DNA of 64,000 nt from Candidatus Levyibacteriota bacterium (GCA_030651475.1 JAUSEW010000027.1:41553-105552); one strand, 5' to 3'. Shown: positions 30,477-41,415, numbered from the stretch's first letter. Program-made: numbers and translations. Notes: a model not told the origin generated them from the sequence alone.

Positions 30477-31545
30477 ACAAGATATCAAAAAAATTCTTAA
30501 CAACAGAACAGTTCTTATAACAGGAGCAGATGGTTTTGTTGCCTCACATCTGACGGAAAAGTTAGTGGAGTACGGATCGAATGTTCACATATTAATTCGA
30601 GCAACTTCTTCCGGAATGCTGCATAATCTTCCCCATCTCAGGGGGAAAATGGTTGTTCATCATGGAGACTTAACAGACAAGCAGGCAATAAAGGAAGTAT
30701 TGAAGATAATAAAAAACGAGGGACCAAAACCGATCATATTTCACTTAGGGGCGCAGGCCCATGTTGGCGAATCTTGGAAAAGATCGTATGAGACATTTAA
30801 CACAAATGCTCTTGGAACATTAAATCTTTTGCAAACAATTGTCGATTTAGATATTGATCTATTTAAGTTGGATACGGCTGGAACCTCTGAAGAATATGGC
30901 AATGTAAATCCTGAAGTTAAAGATCAATACAGATTTGATAAAAATGGTGGTCTTATCTTGGATGAGAAATCACCTTTAAATCCACAGAGTATCTATGCCA
31001 CATCCAAAGTAGCGGCAGATTTTCTAACTCGAAATTTTTATGGTGGATATGGAATTCCTACAGTCGTAACAAGAATGTTCAATAACTATGGTCCTAGACA
31101 GAATCCAAGATTTATAACTGGAACAATCATAACGCAAGCTTTAGATAAGGATTCAGTTGAATTGGGTACTCTAACCCCAAAAAGAGATTTTTGCTTTGTA
31201 GAGGATGGAGCGATGGGACATATAAATGTTGCGCTTTTTGGTAATCCTGGAGAAGTGTATGTTTATGGTTATGGAGAAACGATCTCAATTGGAGATTGGT
31301 ACAACCTGATTATAGAGGTGGGGCGTGAAGAAGGATATTGGAAAGACAAAAAATTAATAAATCGAGCAAGCGGAAAAAGAGGTAGGCTTGGGAAAAGCGA
31401 AGTTGAAGAATTGAGAGTTGACTATACGAAATTAAATAAGCTTACGGGTTGGACTCCAAAATTTTCATGGAAAGAAGGACTTGCAGAAACCATCAAATGG
31501 TATGCTGAAAATAAGGATAAGTGGATAGGGAGGATAGATTGGTAA
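30463..31545 (+). CDS. GDP-mannose/NDP-sugar 4,6-dehydratase
   Basis: TGADGFVASHL, HLGAQAHV, GTSEEYG, YATSK and RMFNNYGPRQ motifs. Confidence 0.85.
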   Translation: MKKTEQDIKKILNNRTVLITGADGFVASHLTEKLVEYGSNVHILIRATSSGMLHNLPHLRGKMVVHHGDLTDKQAIKEVLKIIKNEGPKPIIFHLGAQAHVGESWKRSYETFNTNALGTLNLLQTIVDLDIDLFKLDTAGTSEEYGNVNPEVKDQYRFDKNGGLILDEKSPLNPQSIYATSKVAADFLTRNFYGGYGIPTVVTRMFNNYGPRQNPRFITGTIITQALDKDSVELGTLTPKRDFCFVEDGAMGHINVALFGNPGEVYVYGYGETISIGDWYNLIIEVGREEGYWKDKKLINRASGKRGRLGKSEVEELRVDYTKLNKLTGWTPKFSWKEGLAETIKWYAENKDKWIGRIDW

Positions 31546-31546
31546 A

Positions 31547-32479
31547 ATGATTAATGTTGGATTTTGGAAAAACAAAAAGATTCTCGTAACAGGCGGGAAA
31601 GGGTTTGTTGGTAGTCACGTAATTGATAATCTTATAAAAAAGCGTAAAGTTAATCCCTCTGATATCGTGGTTCCGGACAGTAGTAAATTTGACCTTCGTT
31701 TATTTGATAGCGCAAAAAGAGTTGTTAGGGGAATTGACATAGTGTTGCATCTTGCTGCTGACGTTGGAGGTATTGGATACAGCAGCAGTCATCCTGCGAC
31801 CCAAATGAGGAATTGTTTTTTGATGGATGCGAATATATTTGAAGCCGCAGCGAAAGAAAAAGTGCAAAAGTTCGTTTGCGTATCTTCTGCGGTAGCGTAT
31901 CCTGTTGATGCCATATCACCTCTTAATGAAAAAGATTTATTCAAAGGTGAGCCGGCTAAAGGTGGATATGGCTACGGTTTTGCTAAAAGGATGTCAGTTG
32001 TTATGACTAGGGCTTATAAGGAAGAAAAAGGATTAAATGCCTGCGTTTTGCTTTCAGCAAATAGTTATGGACCAAGACAGGATTTTGATTTGGAAAGCGG
32101 TCATGTTATACCTTCATTAATACGGAAATGCTTTACGTTTGAAAGGCTTGAGGTTTGGGGAGACGGAAGTCAAATTAGAGATTTTTTCTACGTCAAAGAT
32201 TTCGCAGAGGGTATTGTCTTAGCAGCTGAAAAACTCGAAGGTTCGGAACCCGTGAATATAGGTTCAGGATCAGGAACAAGCATAAAAGAACTAGTAAAAT
32301 TGATTGTTAGACTAACGGGTTTTAAAGATGAAGTATATTTTGATACAACAAAACCACAAGGGCAAAAAATAAGGGTTGTAGATATTAATAGGGCACGAAA
32401 ATTAATGGGTTTTAAACCCAAATACTCGTTAGAAAAAGGTCTTTTAGAAACGATTAGTTGGTACAAAAAGAGTTTATGA
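31547..32479 (+). CDS. GDP-L-fucose synthase-like epimerase/reductase (Fcl/ColC-like)
   Basis: [32 protein letters not shown] and [11 protein letters not shown] motifs. Confidence 0.85.
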   Translation: MINVGFWKNKKILVTGGKGFVGSHVIDNLIKKRKVNPSDIVVPDSSKFDLRLFDSAKRVVRGIDIVLHLAADVGGIGYSSSHPATQMRNCFLMDANIFEAAAKEKVQKFVCVSSAVAYPVDAISPLNEKDLFKGEPAKGGYGYGFAKRMSVVMTRAYKEEKGLNACVLLSANSYGPRQDFDLESGHVIPSLIRKCFTFERLEVWGDGSQIRDFFYVKDFAEGIVLAAEKLEGSEPVNIGSGSGTSIKELVKLIVRLTGFKDEVYFDTTKPQGQKIRVVDINRARKLMGFKPKYSLEKGLLETISWYKKSL

Positions 32480-33036
32480 ATATTGTTAGCATTTATTACA
32501 AGCTTAGCGCTCTGCTTGGTAATTTTAAAAAATTACTTTTCATTAATAGCTATCAGGCCGGCAAAAATTTTAAACTGGGTTTTAGCGGAGGAATAATAGG
32601 GGATAAAGAGAAGATAATTATTGGCAATAATGTAGGTTTATCGGGTTGGTTAATAAGCGACGGAGGAAAAATTATAGTAGGAGATAATACGATAATAAAT
32701 AAAAATACCATTATAAGATCAATGAGGTTGGTCAAAATTGGAAAATATTGTGATATTGCCAGTGATTGTGCGATTCAGGATCACAACAGCAGATCCTTAG
32801 ATTATAGGGAGAGGAGAAAATATATGCTGACTGGTAATTTCGACGAGAAAGTTTTAAACTCTCCCGTTATTATAGGAGATGACGTCTGGATTGGTCGTAG
32901 GGTAACTATTCTGAAGGGAGTTACCGTAGGAAATGGAGCAATTTTAGCAACAAATGCTGTTGTTACGAAAGATGTTCCTTCATTATCTATCGTCGCCGGC
33001 AATCCCGCTAAAATAGTTAAGAAACTAGATTATTAA
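32476..33036 (+). CDS. Hexapeptide-repeat acyltransferase
   Basis: [11 protein letters not shown]...ILKGVTVG...VAGNPAK. ATGA overlap at 32476. Confidence 0.9.
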   Translation: MNIVSIYYKLSALLGNFKKLLFINSYQAGKNFKLGFSGGIIGDKEKIIIGNNVGLSGWLISDGGKIIVGDNTIINKNTIIRSMRLVKIGKYCDIASDCAIQDHNSRSLDYRERRKYMLTGNFDEKVLNSPVIIGDDVWIGRRVTILKGVTVGNGAILATNAVVTKDVPSLSIVAGNPAKIVKKLDY

Positions 33037-33044
33037 CTTTAAGT

Positions 33045-33989
33045 TTATGTATTTATTAGGGATTTGTATTTGTTGACAATTCGTTTTATTCCCTTCTTAT
33101 AGTCTATTGTAGGCTTCCAGCCAAGTCGTGAAATTTTTGATGTATTAGCAACGAAGTTTGTGATTCCCACTGCTTTATGAAATTCCGGTGGCTCAATTTC
33201 GACAATTTCTGATTTTTTTTCTGTTATTTCGTGTAAGCAACTAATCATATCTTTAAAAAGAACAGATTTTCCAAAACCTATCAGAAAAGTATCATTATCT
33301 ATATTTTTATTTTCCAAAAAATTTAAAGCAGAAATTATATCGTCAACATGAATATAATCTCTGCAAAAATTTCCACCCCTATAGACTGAAAGAGTTTCTC
33401 CTTTTACTGCCTGCATTATAATATAATTAAGTACGCCCTTTTTTTTATTATCATAATCTTCATTTTCACTATATACATTGGTCAATCTACATATTAAATA
33501 TGGTATGTCATAAAGACGGGAATATAGCTTAATTATGCTTTCAGCGCAGAGTTTTGTTGCAGGATAAATTGCAAGAGGATTTGTTTTGGACTCTTCGTTA
33601 ATTGGAATTTTAGTTTGGTCATATACATTCCCGTAAACGAAAAAAGTTGAGAGAAAAACTATTTTCGGTTTCTTTTTTAAGTCTCTACACGTTTCCAAAA
33701 GCCTAATAGTGCCATTAATATTTGTTTCGACATCAAGATAGGGATTGGTGAGTACGTTGTAATTATCAACAGTGCTTGCGAGATGATAAATAATGTCAAT
33801 TCCTTCAAGGTCTTGTCTCTGTATGTTCGCGAGATCCTTCAGGATTATTTTTGTATTCTTTCTAGCTAATCTCTCCTTGTGTTTTTCAGAGCGTGTCAAT
33901 ATCGTAACGCTTCCCTCAAGAGAATTGGCCAGAGCAGATCCTATAAGGCCATAGCCTCCCGTAATAAGATAAGAAGTATTTTTCGTCAT
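33045..33989 (-). CDS. NAD-dependent epimerase/dehydratase
   Basis: TGGYGLIG, HLASTVD, YPATK and RDYIHVDD motifs. Confidence 0.9.
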   Translation of the reverse strand: MTKNTSYLITGGYGLIGSALANSLEGSVTILTRSEKHKERLARKNTKIILKDLANIQRQDLEGIDIIYHLASTVDNYNVLTNPYLDVETNINGTIRLLETCRDLKKKPKIVFLSTFFVYGNVYDQTKIPINEESKTNPLAIYPATKLCAESIIKLYSRLYDIPYLICRLTNVYSENEDYDNKKKGVLNYIIMQAVKGETLSVYRGGNFCRDYIHVDDIISALNFLENKNIDNDTFLIGFGKSVLFKDMISCLHEITEKKSEIVEIEPPEFHKAVGITNFVANTSKISRLGWKPTIDYKKGIKRIVNKYKSLINT

Positions 33990-33995
33990 GTTAGT

Positions 33996-34053
33996 ATTGT
34001 AACAAATTGAACGCTCGTGGTCTATTGCAAACTAGTTGTTATTGCATTAAAAT
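33996..34053. promoter_or_regulatory. Divergent promoter pair
   Basis: Minus strand: TGtTACAAT at 34004-33996, 6 nt before the ATG at 33989. Plus strand: TTGCAA (34025-34030)-17 nt-TAAAAT (34048-34053), 9 nt before the ATG at 34063. Confidence 0.6.
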
Positions 34054-34062
34054 AAAGCCTAC

Positions 34063-35274
34063 ATGCTTAAAAGCAATCAGGGAACAATAAATAAAAAAAT
34101 ATTGTATGCAGAGGCAGTATATGGAGATGAAGAAAAACAGGCGGTAATGCGTTCAATGGACAACAAATGGTTGGCTTCAGGTCCTTTGGTTAAAGAATTC
34201 GAAGAAAAGGTAGCTAAACTTTTTGGGAAAAAATATGGAATTGCCGTAAATTCCGGTTCTTCGGCAGATCTTCTTGCGATTCAAAGTCTCCGTCTTCCGA
34301 AAGGCGCTGAAGTAATTACTCCGGCGTGCACATTTTCAACTACTGTTTCCTCCATTGTTCACAATAATCTAGTCCCTGTTTTTATAGATACTGTGATTGG
34401 CAGATATACCATTAATGAAGATTTGGTAGAAAAAGCTATTACAAAAAAAACCAAAATTATTTTTGTTCCTCAATTAGTTGGTGGCGTTTGCGATATGGCT
34501 AGGCTTAGAAAAATAGCTAACAAACATAATCTTATTTTAATAGACGATTCTTGTGATACATTCGCTCCTTATTTTAATTCCAAAACTGCGGCTTCATATA
34601 GCGATTTAACAACGACCTCATTCTATGGATCACACATAATTACGGCTCTTGGATTTGGCGGAATGGTTTTGGTCGATGACGAAAAACTAAGGGACAGAAT
34701 TTATACTCTTCGTGATTGGGGTAGAGTAGGAAACGATAAAGAAGCATTCGAAAATAGATTTAATTTTTCTATAGACGAAATTCCATATGATGCAAAATTT
34801 CTTTATTCGGAGCTTGGATATAACTTAAAAATGAATGAGGCAGCTGCGGCATTTGGTCTTGTGCAGTTAAGAAGGTTGGATGGTTTTCTAAAGAAACGTA
34901 CCTATAACTTTAAAAAACTTAAAAAATTCTTTAGTAAATATGAGAAGTGGTTTGTTCTTCCTTATCTTCTGGAAGGAGCGCAAACAAATTGGCTTGCTTT
35001 TCCTTTGACGGTTAAAAAAGATGCGCCTTTTTCCCGTTATGATTTTTTGAAACATATGGAATCTAAAGGGATTCAAACAAGAGTACTTTTTTCAGGAAAT
35101 ATCGTTAGGCACCCGGTCTATAAAGATATTAAATTTAAGGTTAGTGGATCGTTAAAAAATGCAGATACCATTATGGCATCCTCTTTATTATTGGGTTGCC
35201 ATCAAGCTCTTACAGACACAGACATAGATTACATTGCCAAATCTGCAGACGAATTCTTCAAGAGATATGCTTAA
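34063..35274 (+). CDS. PLP/PMP-dependent NDP-4-keto-6-deoxyhexose 3-dehydratase (RfbH/DdhC/ColD-like)
   Basis: VNSGSSA, DDSCD and SFYGSHIIT (His in place of the Schiff-base Lys), plus LRDWGR, GYNLK and TRVLFSGNI motifs. Confidence 0.85.
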   Translation: MLKSNQGTINKKILYAEAVYGDEEKQAVMRSMDNKWLASGPLVKEFEEKVAKLFGKKYGIAVNSGSSADLLAIQSLRLPKGAEVITPACTFSTTVSSIVHNNLVPVFIDTVIGRYTINEDLVEKAITKKTKIIFVPQLVGGVCDMARLRKIANKHNLILIDDSCDTFAPYFNSKTAASYSDLTTTSFYGSHIITALGFGGMVLVDDEKLRDRIYTLRDWGRVGNDKEAFENRFNFSIDEIPYDAKFLYSELGYNLKMNEAAAAFGLVQLRRLDGFLKKRTYNFKKLKKFFSKYEKWFVLPYLLEGAQTNWLAFPLTVKKDAPFSRYDFLKHMESKGIQTRVLFSGNIVRHPVYKDIKFKVSGSLKNADTIMASSLLLGCHQALTDTDIDYIAKSADEFFKRYA

Positions 35275-36286
35275 TCCTCTGGTCACAATAATAATTGTAA
35301 ATTGGAACGGTAGAGCTCTTTTGGAAGATTGCCTTTCTTCCTTGTTGAAAATTTCTTACAAAAATAAAGAAGTTACCTTTGTAGATAATGCATCAACTGA
35401 TGGTTCTTTGGAATACGCCAAAAAAATGTACCCGGGGATGAAAATTATCCAAAATTCAAAAAATTTAGGTTATGCCGAAGGCCATGAAGAGGCAATAAAA
35501 AAAGCAAAAGGAGAATTAGTTTTGCTTTTAAGTACAGACACTATTGTCAAAGAAAATATGCTGTCTGCCATGGTTTCAGCTATTTACAAGGAAAAAAATA
35601 TTGGAGCGGTTATGCCAAAACTGCTTATGCATCCTAATACGAATTTAATAGATTCCATTGGATCTTTTTTTGTCCGAAGCGGAGTTTCGTATCACTATGG
35701 TCGGGAAAAAGACTCAAAACTCCCAATTTATAATAAAAAAATGGAGATTTATTCCGCCAAAGGAGCATGCCTTCTTTTTAGAAAAGAAGTTCTTGAGAAA
35801 ACTGGATTATTCGATAAAGATTATTTCGCATATTTTGAGGAGACTGATTTGTGCCACAGGATATGGCTCTCCGGCTATAAAGTTATATATACTCCGGACA
35901 CCGAGGTTTACCATAAGGGAGCAGGAACTTCAAAAAAAATTGCAAGAGCATACATACAATTTCACTCATTTAAAAATAGACTTATGACTTATCTTAAAAA
36001 TTTATCAGCAGTAAATATAATAAAAGTATTGCCTCTAACTCTTTTGGTTTATCAGGCTATTTTTCTCCTTTTCTTATTAACCGGAAAATTTAGAATTGCT
36101 TTTGCTATCCAGGGGGCAATTATCTGGAATTTTTTGAATATTGGAAAAACTTTGAAAAAAAGAAAATACGTCCAGGAGGAAATTAGAAAGGTAAGAGATG
36201 AGGACTTTTTACCTAACATTACAAGGAAAGTAAGACTTAGCTATTATTATTATATGTTTAGAGGCTTAAACTTGTATAAGGATTAA
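35267..36286 (+). CDS. GT2 glycosyltransferase (WbbL-like)
   Basis: IVNWNG, VDNASTDGS, GACLL and YFEETDLC motifs. Confidence 0.92.
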   Translation: MLNPLVTIIIVNWNGRALLEDCLSSLLKISYKNKEVTFVDNASTDGSLEYAKKMYPGMKIIQNSKNLGYAEGHEEAIKKAKGELVLLLSTDTIVKENMLSAMVSAIYKEKNIGAVMPKLLMHPNTNLIDSIGSFFVRSGVSYHYGREKDSKLPIYNKKMEIYSAKGACLLFRKEVLEKTGLFDKDYFAYFEETDLCHRIWLSGYKVIYTPDTEVYHKGAGTSKKIARAYIQFHSFKNRLMTYLKNLSAVNIIKVLPLTLLVYQAIFLLFLLTGKFRIAFAIQGAIIWNFLNIGKTLKKRKYVQEEIRKVRDEDFLPNITRKVRLSYYYYMFRGLNLYKD

Positions 36287-37453
36287 ATGAAGAATAATAG
36301 GAAAATTAGAATTGTAATTTCGCTTCACGAATTCTATGAGGCAGGTTCTGCATATGAGCTTAGGAATTTTTTGCTAGAAAATTATAAGGCGGACATGCTT
36401 TTCATCTCCCACCCCCTCCTTCTAAGAAAGGAGTCCTACAATTTTAGTTCGAGATATGAATATTTTAAAGACAGCATATTGATAAAAAAAAACAATGCTT
36501 TTCATTGGGTTTTGCCGGAACCTTTCTTGTATATTAAGGATTTTCTATACACACTGATATGGACAATTTTTATTGGTCAAAAATATGATCTATTCTTTGG
36601 TTACAACCCTCTAGACGCATTTTGTGGCATTCTGTTAAGAAGTATTGGAAGAGTTAAAAAAGTTGTTTATTACAATATAGACTTCACCCCAATTCGTTTT
36701 CAGAACAAAATCCTTGACTACATTTATCATCTGTTCGATAAGTACGCTGCTTACTACGCTGATCTTAATTGGGTTGGGACAAAGAGAACTATAAAAGCAA
36801 GAATAAATTATGGGTTATCTCTAAAAAGAATGGCGAAAACAATTATAGTTCCAGACGGCAATCATTCCCTCAGGATAAAACAAAAAAAGTCCTCGCAAGT
36901 AAAAAAAGAAAACATAGTTTACTTGGGAGGTATATACAAAAAGCAGGGAATAGATCTCATTATTGAGGCTCTCCCAAAGCTCAATAAATTGATTAAAGGT
37001 TTGGAGTTCACAGTCATAGGAGATGGTGAATATCTAGACACACTCAAAGAAAAGGTAAAGAGTTTAAAACTTAATAACGTAAGATTTCTAGGATACATAG
37101 AAGATTTATTTAAAGTAGAAGATATCTTAACGAGTTCGGGAATAGCGGTCGCACCCTACCTTCCCGATAAGAATAGTTTTACTTACTATTCCGATCCGGG
37201 GAAACCAAAATGGTATCTTGCCTGTGGCTTGCCAGTTATTATAACGAATGTTCCGGCGATTGCCGAGGTAATAGAACGAAGAAAGGCGGGAAAAATGATA
37301 AACTACGATAAAGAGGAATTAATAAAAGCGGTTTTAGAAATAATGCATAAAGGAAATTATGAGGAATACAGAAAAAATTCAAGGAAAATGGGACTTTCTT
37401 TTGATTGGTCGATTATTTTTAAAAAGGCATTATCGCAAACTTTGAGAATATAA
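36287..37453 (+). CDS. GT4 glycosyltransferase
   Basis: YLGGIYKKQG, IGDGE and DPGKPKWYLACGLPVI motifs. Confidence 0.88.
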   Translation: MKNNRKIRIVISLHEFYEAGSAYELRNFLLENYKADMLFISHPLLLRKESYNFSSRYEYFKDSILIKKNNAFHWVLPEPFLYIKDFLYTLIWTIFIGQKYDLFFGYNPLDAFCGILLRSIGRVKKVVYYNIDFTPIRFQNKILDYIYHLFDKYAAYYADLNWVGTKRTIKARINYGLSLKRMAKTIIVPDGNHSLRIKQKKSSQVKKENIVYLGGIYKKQGIDLIIEALPKLNKLIKGLEFTVIGDGEYLDTLKEKVKSLKLNNVRFLGYIEDLFKVEDILTSSGIAVAPYLPDKNSFTYYSDPGKPKWYLACGLPVIITNVPAIAEVIERRKAGKMINYDKEELIKAVLEIMHKGNYEEYRKNSRKMGLSFDWSIIFKKALSQTLRI

Positions 37454-37457
37454 ACGC

Positions 37458-39092
37458 ATGAAAATTAACAGACTGATTATCTTTTCGATAATTTTATTTG
37501 CTATTATTTTAGCAACTTATCATCAGCTATTTCAAACTTTCTATCAGCAGGATGAATGGATAGCTTTGGGTCATATAATGACTCAAACATTCCCCAAATA
37601 TTTTGAACAGTTTAGTAAAACAGCTCTCTTAGGTGGTGGAGGAAGACCGTTATCAGTTCCCTTGCAATATTTTTTGTTTAGCAACTTTCCTTTTCAGGCT
37701 GCCCCATTTGTAGTATTTGCTTTAGTGTTCCATTTTCTGAATAGCTTATTGGTCTTTCTTTTGGCTAAAAAAATAACAAGAAATTTCTTAATTGCTTCTA
37801 TTTCAGCTATTTTTTTTGCTACCTCTTCGGTTTCCCATCAGGCAGTGTCTTGGATTGGGGCAAGTCCAACAACCTTGCCTTCAGCCTTTTTTGCCTTGTT
37901 TTCTATTTTACTTTACTTTCATTTTCTGGAAAATGAGAAGCGAAAGTTTTTTTATCTATCTTTATTTTTCGCTTTGATTTCTTTCTTTTTCAAAGAAAGC
38001 GGTATATTTATTTTTATTCTCCTGCCCTTAATTTATAGGATCTATAAGAAGGTCTCTTTTTATAATTCGCTCAAAAAACATTTTGTAATAATAATTTATT
38101 TATGCGTTGCTGTTTTATCAAGAGTTTACGACCTTTTTTTTGTAAATACTGGCTTAACAACAACCTTCGTGACACGAAACAGCAATACGGTAGAAAGGAT
38201 AATCCTGCATTCTTTTGTCTACCCTTTTGAGTCTCTCTCTCAAGTATTTATATTCCCCTCAATTATGTGGAAATTTTCCCATTTTTTTCTTTCCGTTGTT
38301 TTTCCTTTCGTACTGCACAGTCCTTCAGGAGTCCTAGCGACGGAAACAATGGGGGCCGAAGTTATTTCAATAGCGCTTTCCTCTATTATCTTAATTCTCA
38401 TATTTTTAGTTTACAGAAACGATAAGAAAAACAGGAAAATCATTTTGTTTACTTTACTATTTTTCTTCTTAAGTTTTCTTCCCTATGTTTTTCTTGAAAG
38501 AGGAAATGCATATCTTGACTCGCGCTATTTCTATCTTGGTGTTGTTCCCGCATCTATTATTTTCTCTTTGTTGGTTAATTCAATAAAAAATAGATTAAGT
38601 AAAAACTATTTTTTTCCAATTGCGCTTTTGATAATTATATTTTTTTATAGTCAGATAAAATTTATAAATAATGAACTTGGCTATCAAGTAAATCTTGCGA
38701 GGGAAAGGAAAAATTTTCTGATGTCTTTGAAAAAACTTTATCCAGCGGTACCTACAAATTCCGTTTTTTATATAACTGGTAATCGTGACTTTTATGTTCC
38801 CGATCATAAGATTCCTTTTCAACAGGGAATGGGATATACCCTTATGGTTTGGTATTATAAAACCGGAATTATACCAAAAGAATTTATGAATTCCTTTCTC
38901 TGGGATATTAAAGAGGAGGGCTACAGAGAAAAAGAGAATAAAGGATTTGGTTACTATTGGAACCTAGGTCATCTTTCAACTGATTTAAAAAGAAACGAAA
39001 TAAATAAAAATCGAGTCATAGCTCTTTTTTATGACGCTGACAAAGAAAAACTCGTAGATATAACTAAAAGCGTGAGAGAGGAGCTGAAATAG
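37458..39092 (+). CDS. GT-C-like multi-pass membrane protein
   Basis: QQDEW loop, RPL, FFKESG and SRYFY motifs; many TMs. Confidence 0.7.
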   Translation: MKINRLIIFSIILFAIILATYHQLFQTFYQQDEWIALGHIMTQTFPKYFEQFSKTALLGGGGRPLSVPLQYFLFSNFPFQAAPFVVFALVFHFLNSLLVFLLAKKITRNFLIASISAIFFATSSVSHQAVSWIGASPTTLPSAFFALFSILLYFHFLENEKRKFFYLSLFFALISFFFKESGIFIFILLPLIYRIYKKVSFYNSLKKHFVIIIYLCVAVLSRVYDLFFVNTGLTTTFVTRNSNTVERIILHSFVYPFESLSQVFIFPSIMWKFSHFFLSVVFPFVLHSPSGVLATETMGAEVISIALSSIILILIFLVYRNDKKNRKIILFTLLFFFLSFLPYVFLERGNAYLDSRYFYLGVVPASIIFSLLVNSIKNRLSKNYFFPIALLIIIFFYSQIKFINNELGYQVNLARERKNFLMSLKKLYPAVPTNSVFYITGNRDFYVPDHKIPFQQGMGYTLMVWYYKTGIIPKEFMNSFLWDIKEEGYREKENKGFGYYWNLGHLSTDLKRNEINKNRVIALFYDADKEKLVDITKSVREELK

Positions 39093-40165
39093 TGTCAAAA
39101 AAACCTCTAGTTAATATAATTATAGTTACCTACAATCAGTTTAAGTTTATAAGAGAATGTATTAGTTCAGTAATAAATTCGGATTATTCAAATATAAAAA
39201 TATATCTAGTAGATAACAATTCGAATGAAAAAGATTACAAAAAGCTTTACGAAGATTTTAAAAAAAACAGAAAAATTACTTTCTTCAGGTTAAGTGAGAA
39301 TAGAGGTTTCGGAGCGGGGTGCAATTATGTTTTAAAGCTAATAAAAAACGGCTATATAGTTTTTCTAAATGATGACGCCATAGTTACGAAAAATTGGTTA
39401 AATCCAATTATTGACTATATGGAAAATCATCCCGATGTTGGAGCGGCTCAGCCAAAAATTAAAGATATGAAAAGAAAAAAATATTTTCAGCATGCTGGAG
39501 CGGCGGGAGGTTTTATGGATGTTTATGGATATCCTTTCTGCCGAGGGAGAATTTTCTACGACGTCGAGGAGGATAATGGTCAATACGACAACGTAATTGA
39601 CGTTGTATGGTGTTCGGGGAATTGTTTGGTAACTAGATTGGAAGTGCTAAAAAAAGTGGGTTTTTTTGATGAAATATTCTTTATGTATGCGGAAGAAGCG
39701 GATCTATGTTGGAGAATGAATAAAGCAGGTTACAGATTAGTCTTCATTCCTTCGTCTGTTGTTTATCACTATGGCATTGGTGGCCCCAATAGGCAGTCTT
39801 ATAAAAAAATATTCTGGCATCACAGAAATGGCTTAATAATGTTAATGAAAAATTATTCAATAACGGAAATTATAAGATACCTTCCCGTAAGATTTTTTTT
39901 GGACTTTGTAACTTTTTGGTATTATCTTCTCGCAAACAGAATAATGTCAAATGCGCTTGCTTTAGCTGTTGCATATTTGAGCTTTCTTTATTTACTTCCA
40001 AAAGTTACATACGGGAGATTTAAAAAATTCCCACAAAAAAAAATTAACAAAACCCTATCTTATCCACTGTATAACGGTAGTATTGTTTTTGATTATTTTT
40101 TATTGGGTAAGAAAAAATTTACGGATTTAAATAAGATACATATGGAAGATAAAATTTTGCAATGA
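39092..40165 (+). CDS. GT2 glycosyltransferase
   Basis: VDNNS, FLNDDA, GYPFCRGRIF and YAEEADLCWR motifs; GTG start. Confidence 0.92.
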   Translation: MSKKPLVNIIIVTYNQFKFIRECISSVINSDYSNIKIYLVDNNSNEKDYKKLYEDFKKNRKITFFRLSENRGFGAGCNYVLKLIKNGYIVFLNDDAIVTKNWLNPIIDYMENHPDVGAAQPKIKDMKRKKYFQHAGAAGGFMDVYGYPFCRGRIFYDVEEDNGQYDNVIDVVWCSGNCLVTRLEVLKKVGFFDEIFFMYAEEADLCWRMNKAGYRLVFIPSSVVYHYGIGGPNRQSYKKIFWHHRNGLIMLMKNYSITEIIRYLPVRFFLDFVTFWYYLLANRIMSNALALAVAYLSFLYLLPKVTYGRFKKFPQKKINKTLSYPLYNGSIVFDYFLLGKKKFTDLNKIHMEDKILQ

Positions 40166-40231
40166 AGATTCCTGGTATTCAGTAAACCACTTTTTTGTCT
40201 TCTTTAGCGATAAAGATTAAGATTACGTTTT

Positions 40232-40861
40232 TCATCTCCTCACCCCTTTTTTATTATAATTATCTATATCGGCTTGTTTAAAAAATTTAACTCCCACATA
40301 ATATTTATTACCTTTATCTACAAAATAACCATAGGAGCGATCTTTAAAAGTACAAGCCCGTAATCTGTATATGGTCTCCTTATCAAATTCCTGAAAGCTA
40401 GTTATTTCTTTTTTCCAATGATAAGTACCTTTTCCAATCTGTGGCTTACTCTCGATTTTACCCATCTTAATTTTTGGCCAGACATCAATGAATAATTTAA
40501 ACATTTCTTTATTGATTCTCTCTTCCAGGTCGCTTGCTATATCCGTAGGATAAACCTTGACCTCCTTTTGGGCGATAACTTCTCCTTTGTCAACCTGTTC
40601 ATTCACATAATGGATTGTTACCCCCGCTGGTGTACCGTCAATTAAAGGCCAAATATGAGTATGCACACCCCTATTGTATGGGAGATAGCCTGGGTGCAGA
40701 TTTATTGTTGGTACCCTTAACTGATCTTTGGTTAATATTTTATCGTAGTATGCCACGATACGAAAATCAGGATCTTTACTGACAATAGTTTCTCCCTGTT
40801 GTTTTAAATAATCTTTAACCTGCTGACCTATTGGTTTGATTGATAAAACTTGAATTTTCAT
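40232..40861 (-). CDS. Sugar N-formyltransferase (VioF/Rv3404c-like)
   Basis: INLHPGYLPYNRG, GVTIH, VDKGEVIAQ and a C-terminal RLRACTF...YFVD. ATGA overlap at 40861. Confidence 0.85.
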   Translation of the reverse strand: MKIQVLSIKPIGQQVKDYLKQQGETIVSKDPDFRIVAYYDKILTKDQLRVPTINLHPGYLPYNRGVHTHIWPLIDGTPAGVTIHYVNEQVDKGEVIAQKEVKVYPTDIASDLEERINKEMFKLFIDVWPKIKMGKIESKPQIGKGTYHWKKEITSFQEFDKETIYRLRACTFKDRSYGYFVDKGNKYYVGVKFFKQADIDNYNKKGVRR

Positions 40862-41415
40862 AATGAGCACAAAATTGATGGTCCCGGTTGGGTCTCTATG
40901 AATTCTAATTTAATACTCCCAAACATCTCCTGAGTATATAGTTTTTTACCTCCCGGAAGATTAACATAGGTATTCCCACTCAATGCTTTTATAATATCTT
41001 TAATTCCATCCACGAATTTACCGTGTGGAATTTCTGATGATAAATAAATAGGCGTCTTAATTTTTAAGACTTGACATATGGCCTTAATAGTTAGATAAAT
41101 ATTATGACTTAATGTATATTTTTGATCCATTATGTCTACAAAAAGGGAATATATATGATAATTAAATCTAGGGGTAAATAGGCGAAACCTTTTTTTATCC
41201 GCCTCAATGTCTTTAAAATAACATTCATTAATTTTGGCATAATCTGAATGTTTTCTTAACCGAAAAGTAAATAGTTTAGGAAAATAATTTCGATTAATCC
41301 AACCGCCTTTTATATATTTAGCGTCATCATATAAAACAAATTTATCAACACTTTTAATGAGCTTAAAAAATCCAGGATACGGAAATAAATAGGGTTGCAT
41401 AACAGCAATTTTCAT
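40858..41415 (-). CDS. wbqC: WbqC-family protein (putative aminoacyl/glycyl transferase), compact
   Basis: AVMQPYLFPYPGFF, DKFVLYDD, GWINRN, YVNLPGG and PSIL motifs. Confidence 0.85.
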   Translation of the reverse strand: MKIAVMQPYLFPYPGFFKLIKSVDKFVLYDDAKYIKGGWINRNYFPKLFTFRLRKHSDYAKINECYFKDIEADKKRFRLFTPRFNYHIYSLFVDIMDQKYTLSHNIYLTIKAICQVLKIKTPIYLSSEIPHGKFVDGIKDIIKALSGNTYVNLPGGKKLYTQEMFGSIKLEFIETQPGPSILCSL

